Part shown: positions 33,608 through 40,361 of the stretch, one piece after another
Layout of the letters: each line of letters begins with the position of its first letter
Numbering within the stretch: position 1 is the first letter of the stretch
Assembly (NCBI GenBank): GCA_000934665.2
Contig: KZ538917.1
Span: 1-40,361, forward strand
DNA length: 40,361 nucleotides
Direction: 5' to 3'
From: Catajapyx aquilonaris
Taxonomy: Eukaryota
The notes under the pieces: model-generated
What the model saw: only the letters and a program-made list of their open reading frames with translations
The model's database searches: none
What the model was told of the DNA's origin: nothing
Translations under genes and position numbers: made by a program

Positions 33608-36600
33608 CATAAAAGTCTACCGGTACTCGTAAATATATTTTACACCAGCTCACATCCACTTGCGACATTCTGAACAGTGATCAGATTACTAGATACCTGT
33701 AAGCACTTACTGTTATCATGTAACGGAAATACATTTCCTGCCAGACTATCACCTTTCCAGTCCAAAGTCGCTCAATAGCCAATTTTAGATTTCCGTGGCA
33801 TATTTGGCAACAATTAAATATCTCGCAAATTATACATACACCCCTTGCATGCAATGTTCTAAGCGTCGTTTTTCCACATCACGCCAGATAAGAAAAATAT
33901 TAACTGTTGAAATACTCGCATGACATCACTTACCACGAAGTGCACATTGCACGCGATTGATGCACAGGGGACAGTACACCTTCTTACTCATTGCACTTGT
34001 CGCCAACTGACATCCCGATACACACACACGCACGACTTTAAAAATTGCAAATCCAATCACTTTTTTCGGTTCGCTTATCAGATTCGAGACGGGTATCGCT
34101 GTACAGACAATTATTTACAGACGGCTTCTAGTTGCAAGCCTTTCACACTGGTCTCAGCAGAGTCTCATGCTACTAACCTCTGACCCTATCCAATATTATC
34201 CCAGGATATATCCTAGCCATGCCAGCAAATAAGATATTACTGGAACTAGGCCAAACACGTGTTACAGCATGTGTTTACACCCCTTTAGAGACTCATTATG
34301 GCCGATCAGCAGCTAATCGATTGGCTTCTTTATACCACACTAGCATTGGAACCCACTCTTCTCACGCCCTGATTCCATGGTAAATCAATGCCAATCAATC
34401 ATTGTTACCATAATAATCCGTTGCTATGGTAATGCAAATCTGGACAAACAAACAAACTTTGCATTTTATAATGGTACTGCACCTTTTTGCATCACCCTGT
34501 ACAACCACCTTCCATCAAATCTTCCTTTCTCCAATTTCAAAAGCTTTTATTCCCAATCCTTCCTGAGTATCATGCAACCAACCTTACACCGCCGGCTCCT
34601 ATGACGTAACTCCGGAAGCAATAGGAGTCTATCAGACCTATCGCCGAGAGTACCGGCATCGCGTTTTAATTGCACGAATTAAGAGATATCATTAGTACAG
34701 CGGATATACTTTGAAACCTGATTCGAGTATAGAAAGGGTCGATAGGCTACATTAGGCACGTCGAGGTTGAATACCAGATTACGTCAACAGAAAGACATAC
34801 ACCAAGGGTGGTCAGGATGTCAAGTTGACCTGCTATAATGGAGGTCAAGAGGCTTGAGAAAGGCGGGGTCTATTGTGTAGTACGGAGTTTGTAGGTGGTT
34901 TGCATGTCAAGATGTGGGTTTTATAATCCTTGGGGCCTTATGTGTACGGGGCTGTTACGTAACCATCTGTTTTCTCTACAATGCCGTAAATTATATTTAA
35001 CAGGCGGATATCCTCACCATGTGCATTAAGATCAGTTTTCTATCATAACTGGTAGTTTCCTTGTAGGCCTCTCCAATTTTATGCTTGGCAAACCCGCAGT
35101 AAAGTGCTTATGACTCGCTCCAGATTTGTACTGTAGATAACCCTTCCTAATCAGATCTAACCGACCATTACATTTGACAAAAACATGTAAAAAAAATTAA
35201 TGCACTGGAATGTGGAATCGGCAGTTCAAGGTACGTTACTTGTTCCGTATGGGTGTTGGCCAATACTCGACACCGGAATTATATTTTAATTTCATTTATT
35301 TTATATTTATTATACCCCATTGGAGGGCAGGGCCCTTTTAGGGGGACAAGGAATTATATTAATTAATACGACATAATGTAATTAATATGCAGCATCTCTA
35401 TTAGTGTTACATGGACATATGTACGTTATTTCCAACAGGCCTCCTGTCTTTTGAGTCATCACAACTTCAAAGACAGTGAGGACATGAGTCTACATAAACC
35501 GGTGATGTCATCCTTATTACATAAGATGTGGTTCAGCAGCATTAAAAATTGGACATCTGTACCTCCTGCCAATCACAAAAAATGACTCCACACATAATAA
35601 CAACCGGTACGACATACCATACTCTTCGGGATCCCCATCCGGATTCTGGTACTGGTACGACACCCCAATCACACTGGAATTATCATCGCTGATATCCCCC
35701 TGGCAACAATCCATATTCTTCCTCATCCTAACAGTGCAACTTCTTCTGAACAACTGCCGTACCTTTTGGGTACCCACTCAGGTGTATGCCACAATGCCAG
35801 GAGCGACCAGGAGCGAAAAAGGTGAAAGGAAAAAAATATAGGCCCTCAACCCACATGGTCATGTGCAAGGTTAGGAATAAGGAAGACATCACCTTTCGCC
35901 TGTATGAAGTCCACATTTGCTAATTACAACCGTATGTCACCGCAACTACGTGCGGTACATTCTAATGAAATATCTGCCTATATTTTTACTCCGTAGATTT
36001 AAGACCAGCTGGAAATGAGGAAATGACGTCATGTCCTATTTCTAGTGGGTTTTCTGGAGTGGTCTGCTACTGATATACAACCCAGAACACGCGAATGGTA
36101 ACAAATGGGTCATCTGGAGCCGGAGGTTATCACTCTCCATTAAAACCAGTAGAATTAGTCACGTACATGCTACGCCCCACAAATTAGCAAAATTCCATTT
36201 AATTACCATAAGATGCAATATGCACAGTGCACATGGCCTTGGCCATTTCAACATTCTCTATAGGCCTACCAGTACCGGTACGTAATAATGACTTGCATTT
36301 TGTTTGATTGTCCATCGAAAATTTGGGTGCAATAAAGTGCGGTGGGGACATCAGCTGCTGATGTCCCCAGGCCGCAACCTTCACTCCAAGCGGTGTTGCC
36401 ATTTGTACTTTTCCCAAATTATTACAAATATCATGTACTAAATAAGCAGGTACCGGTACCTTCATATCCAGGTGTCCCTTCAAGTGACGGATACAGCTTA
36501 TTCGCCTCCATCCTCAGCACAGGTGCGAACGGTGCAACTCCGTGGTACGACAGGTGGCTACGTGATGAGCACTGAGTGCGTCTGGTGGGAATCACCCTGC

Positions 36601-36771
36601 TGAAGGGGAGGGCCTAGAATTTTTTTTTTTCGGTCCTTTCCGGTTTGAGGGGAGCGATGCCTGATTGCCAGCAGCCTGAGGTTGCCAGTGTGACACTACG
36701 AGGAGGTCATTACATCGGGGGAATCCAGAGCGGCTGATATGAGTCAGTATAGGGTGAAGGTGTTGTGAGTC

Positions 36772-38695
36772 ATGTTGTGGCTCATTTTGGTTGTTGGCAA
36801 TTTGGTGAGGGGAGAGCCGAATGTGATGGTGTTGTTGGCGGATGACCTGGGGTATGGTGACCTACCAGGGTTTGGTCATCCGACGTCTGTAGCACCTAGT
36901 TTGGATCGGTTGCAGGTGGAATCGAGGGTGTTCACGCAGTTTTATTCGGCAGCGTGTGTGTGCAGTCCATCAAGGTTGAATAGCATATGTGATTGTATGA
37001 AGGGTTACTGATGTGTTATTCTGGCAGGTCTGCGTTGCTGACTGGACGGTACCAGGTGCGGAATGGGGTGTACCCAGGTGTGTTTGTACCTGGAGATTTG
37101 GGAGGGCTGCCCAAGACGGAGGTGACATTGGCTGAGGCATTGCGGTCTAAAGGATATGTGACTGCGCATATTGGAAAATGGCATTTGGGGGTTGGGGCCA
37201 ACAATGAGTTTTTGCCAACTAATTATGGGTTTGATGAGTACTATGGGATACCATACTCGCACGACATGTGTCCGTGCCTGGTTTGTTTCTACCCTAATGA
37301 TCTGTGCTTTGACAAGTGTTGGACAGATGATGTTTCATGTCCACTATACCACAATGAAAGCATTATTGCCCAACCAGCTGACCTAACTACATTGACCCAA
37401 AGGTAAAACCGTGTAAAACAAACTTGTTACTTCAACAAATCCATAATGGCTGACGCCATATCTCTTACAGATACCAAGAGAAGGCACTGACCTTTATCAA
37501 ACAAGCCAAAGCAAATTCTCAGCCATTCTTCCTATACTTTGCTTTTCACCAAACACACCACCCACAATTTGCAAGTAAAGCTTTCCGTAACTCAACCAGA
37601 CGTGGCACTTTTGGAGATTCCCTAGCAGAGTTGGACTCGGTGGTCAAAAACTTACTAAATGCTGTTACTAACACAGACACAATAATCTGGTTCACATCTG
37701 ACAATGGGTAAGTGTGTCCCACTCTTTAGGGATAGATATACAAGTCACATTCCGCAGACCATCTCTGACACGCAAGGAGCGTGGTGGAAGTGCTGGTCTC
37801 CTACGATGTGGAAAAGGAACGACCTATGAAGGTGGGATGAGGGTACCAGGTATGGTCAGATGGACTGGAAGGATTAAGCCAGGTCGGACTGAAGAAATAG
37901 CTTCCACTCTGGACATATTCCCAACAACACTGTCACTGGTGGATAGTCAAAATTGTTCCACTAAACTGCACCTCCTTGACGGATTGGACCTCACAGGAAT
38001 GTTGTTACAAAAGCAGCCAGTAAGTAAAACATCACTTGAAATAACGAAGCAAATGTGACGTTATGAACACACATTACTCTGCAGAGTCCTCGTACTTCAT
38101 TCCTATACTATCCTGAAAGTCCAACACCAGCTACAGGACTATTTGCCGTTCGCTATAAGCAGTATAAAGCCCATTTCTACTCTGCTGGCAATGACTTGTC
38201 AGATGGTGGAAACTATGACGAGGCCTGCACTGCTAAAGAATCAGTTCCCAAGCATCATGATCCTCCACTTCTGTTTGACTTGGAGAAAGACCCTGGTGAA
38301 AGACATCCACTAGAGCCACAAAAATACACGTAATGTTTTATTTACTAGTTTGCGTACGATCTTCTAGGTATAAGGTTCATTAGAAACCAGACTGAAATAA
38401 ACCTAAAGTTAGAGGCTTATTGTTTTACATGACTGCACTAGGAAGAATTTGCTCCAAGATGATAATGCCTGAAATTTGGCAATGATAATAACAGACAAAA
38501 AATTTCAAGTGAATCGATATTTTCAGTGACATTTTGAACCAGATACGCCAAATCAAAAAGGCTGCCGAAAAGAACATCAAGTGGGCCACCAGTGAAATAA
38601 ACAAGGGTTCCAGTCCTGATGCCCAATCATGCTGCACCAAAAAAGGATGCCATCCTTTTCCTAAATGCTGTGACTGTCCAAGCAATAACGTGTGA
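36772..38695 (+). CDS. ARSA: Arylsulfatase A-like lysosomal sulfatase; exons 36772-36974, 37028-37402, 37471-37707, 37758-38019, 38085-38329, 38527-38695
   Basis: Signal peptide, then PNVMVLLADDLGYGD, the formylglycine motif CSPSR|SALLTGR, GYVTAHIGKWHLG, GIPYSHD, FTSDNGP, GKGTTYEGGMRVP and HDPPLLFDLEKDPGE. The Cys-rich tail SCCTKKGCHPFPKCCDCP is ARSA-type. All introns are GT-AG and keep the frame. Confidence 0.93.
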
Positions 38696-39755
38696 CACTC
38701 ACTGCAGTCAGAAAAGTGGTTTTATTCCACAGCACTGTTGGCGGGAATACAAATCTGTACATTTGTAGTAATGAACAAAATAATAAGGAACTCTCAGCAA
38801 CACTGGAAGCCACCATTTGGCGATTGAAAGTTGTACTCGTTGAAATCCCAGTTTGTAATTGTATATTCTGTTGGTCATCCCTTAAAATATATCTGTTTCA
38901 CAGATGGATTGATAATAAATAAATAGACTATGCGAGTTACTGGTTTTTTCGTGGATCCCCAAAATTCATGTGGGCACATATACACACACACTGAGTGCAA
39001 AAGACATTTAAACCTGTGTGAAGATGTGCTTATTCAGTCCCCCTTTTTTGCATGTATACTACAATCAGGTCACTGAAAGGCATTACTGAAGTCATCCTTC
39101 CATGACAAGAAGAAAAGTTGTCGTCTCTCACTTGTTGACAAATCATAATTATCTGTACACTTCAAATTAGGCCCTATAACCTGCCAAAGCAATGCAAACA
39201 TAATCCTTGCTAAGATACTAGACCCAACTGCTGAATACCTCTGGATCCTAATGTTTATAGCATAGGCTGGATTACTAGCAACGGTTATTGCCTGATTCAA
39301 CTGCTTGAATTATTTAAAGGCATTTTCAGTCATAGTTCATCTTTCAGCAGCCTAACAGTAATTAATTTTAACCATAAATTTTATACATGCTGCAAATAAT
39401 ATCAAGCAAACAGTGACAGTCCCCTTTGCAGAGATAAACAATCCAAGTGTTTTAAGGTATTACAAGTGGAATGTGGATATGTGAAATGTACAACAATGTT
39501 ATTGCTAACCAATAATTTGAGGTGAGTGAGGACTCACACCTCCATATATCTTAAACTTTCTATAGTAAGGCACACGCTAACTATTCATTCGTTCCCACCT
39601 CAGAATTAACTGACTCGATCACATTTATGTACAACTCTGAGGGCAATGTTAATATAACAGTGCATGCATGGAAAATGTCAACTTGGATAGATCCCACATA
39701 TGTAAAGAAAAATTAAGAGTAACAATACAATGCAGCGACTTGACTTGCAACTACT

Positions 39756-40361
39756 TCAGTTATATTGGTCCAGAGCCAGTTGGAGCTTATCTGCAATCTG
39801 GAATGAGAAAGCAACAATGCAAAATATACCCAAGAAACACCATTGCAACTCAAGTAATAGTTCCAATTATGTGTCATGGTTTTAATTCATTGCACAATAA
39901 CTGTACATCTTATGTATACAATGCACCACCTCCCACTGAAATGTTGCAATGCCCACTTTGAAAGATTTTCAAGATGGTATATTCAGTGGCGTAGGCAGGA
40001 AATTTTTTCGGGGGGGGCCCATGGCCGATCGGTCCGTTTCATAATATTGTAACCTATTGTAAGACTTTTTTTGATGTATCATAACAGTATTCGAGTCGGA
40101 GAGGGGAGGGGGAGGATTTCATAAACCGCGAAAATTTTCCTTACTGTTACATAATGTAATGCATTTATTGATTTTTCTTAACATTTCGGGGGGGGCCCGG
40201 CCCCCCCGGGCCCCCCCCCCTGCCTACGCCACTGGTATATACAAGCGAGGGAAATTTTAGCTCACCTGGCGATAGAAGGCGACTTGACCCTGCAGATAGT
40301 TCTGCATGGCTCTCTTGAAATCATCCACACGCTGCTCATGAAAGTAATTAACCTCTGCCAG
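39756..40361 (-). CDS. SH3PX1: 3' end of an SH3-PX-BAR sorting nexin (SNX9/18/33 family); exons 40266 to beyond 40361, and 39756-39797
   Basis: LAEVNYFHEQRVDDFKRAMQNYLQGQVAFYRQ|gtgagc ... ttccag|IADKLQLALDQYN*, resembling the SNX9-family BAR C-terminus (AEMNHFH...YLEQQVQFY..IAEKL..AL). The gene continues past the window edge. Confidence 0.8.
39984..40234. mobile_element. About 251-bp hAT-like MITE in the last intron of the sorting nexin
   Basis: Perfect 16-bp TIRs cagtggcgtaggcagg / cctgcctacgccactg with G/C-run subtermini; the flanks gtatatt / gtatata resemble an eroded TSD. Confidence 0.85.

Noticed and set aside
39070..39300. 76-aa minus-strand ORF
   Set aside because: It lies in the probable 3' UTR or intergenic region between ARSA and the sorting nexin; no recognisable similarity.

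Overview
Eukaryotic genomic DNA from an arthropod. Evidence: short GT-AG introns of about 45-110 nt, gustatory receptors, a NompA orthologue, and a PLC-delta, which Drosophila lacks. The ORF track only captures exon fragments, so I reconstructed the gene models by hand from splice sites. Left to right: (1) a young tandem pair of gustatory receptor (GR) genes on the minus strand, one intact (2326-3987) and one frameshifted (5731-7326), plus two short relics of further copies; (2) a 20-exon nompA-like PAN/ZP gene (9023-17963, minus) whose first intron holds an N gap and a nested pair of MITEs; (3) a secreted C-type lectin broken by a single-N assembly join, followed by a decayed second lectin fragment; (4) a phospholipase C delta-type gene (minus); (5) an arylsulfatase A orthologue (plus); (6) the 3' end of an SNX9/18/33-family sorting nexin (minus). 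Several non-autonomous DNA transposons, fold-backs and tandem repeats are interspersed. I found no CRISPR, tRNA, rRNA or autonomous transposase, and no clearly new system. The best leads are GR birth-and-death with clustered amino-acid divergence, a GR-derived hairpin, the His/Gly-rich NompA linker, a double-hairpin insert between 33-bp direct repeats, and a possible decayed orphan gene upstream of the nompA coding region.
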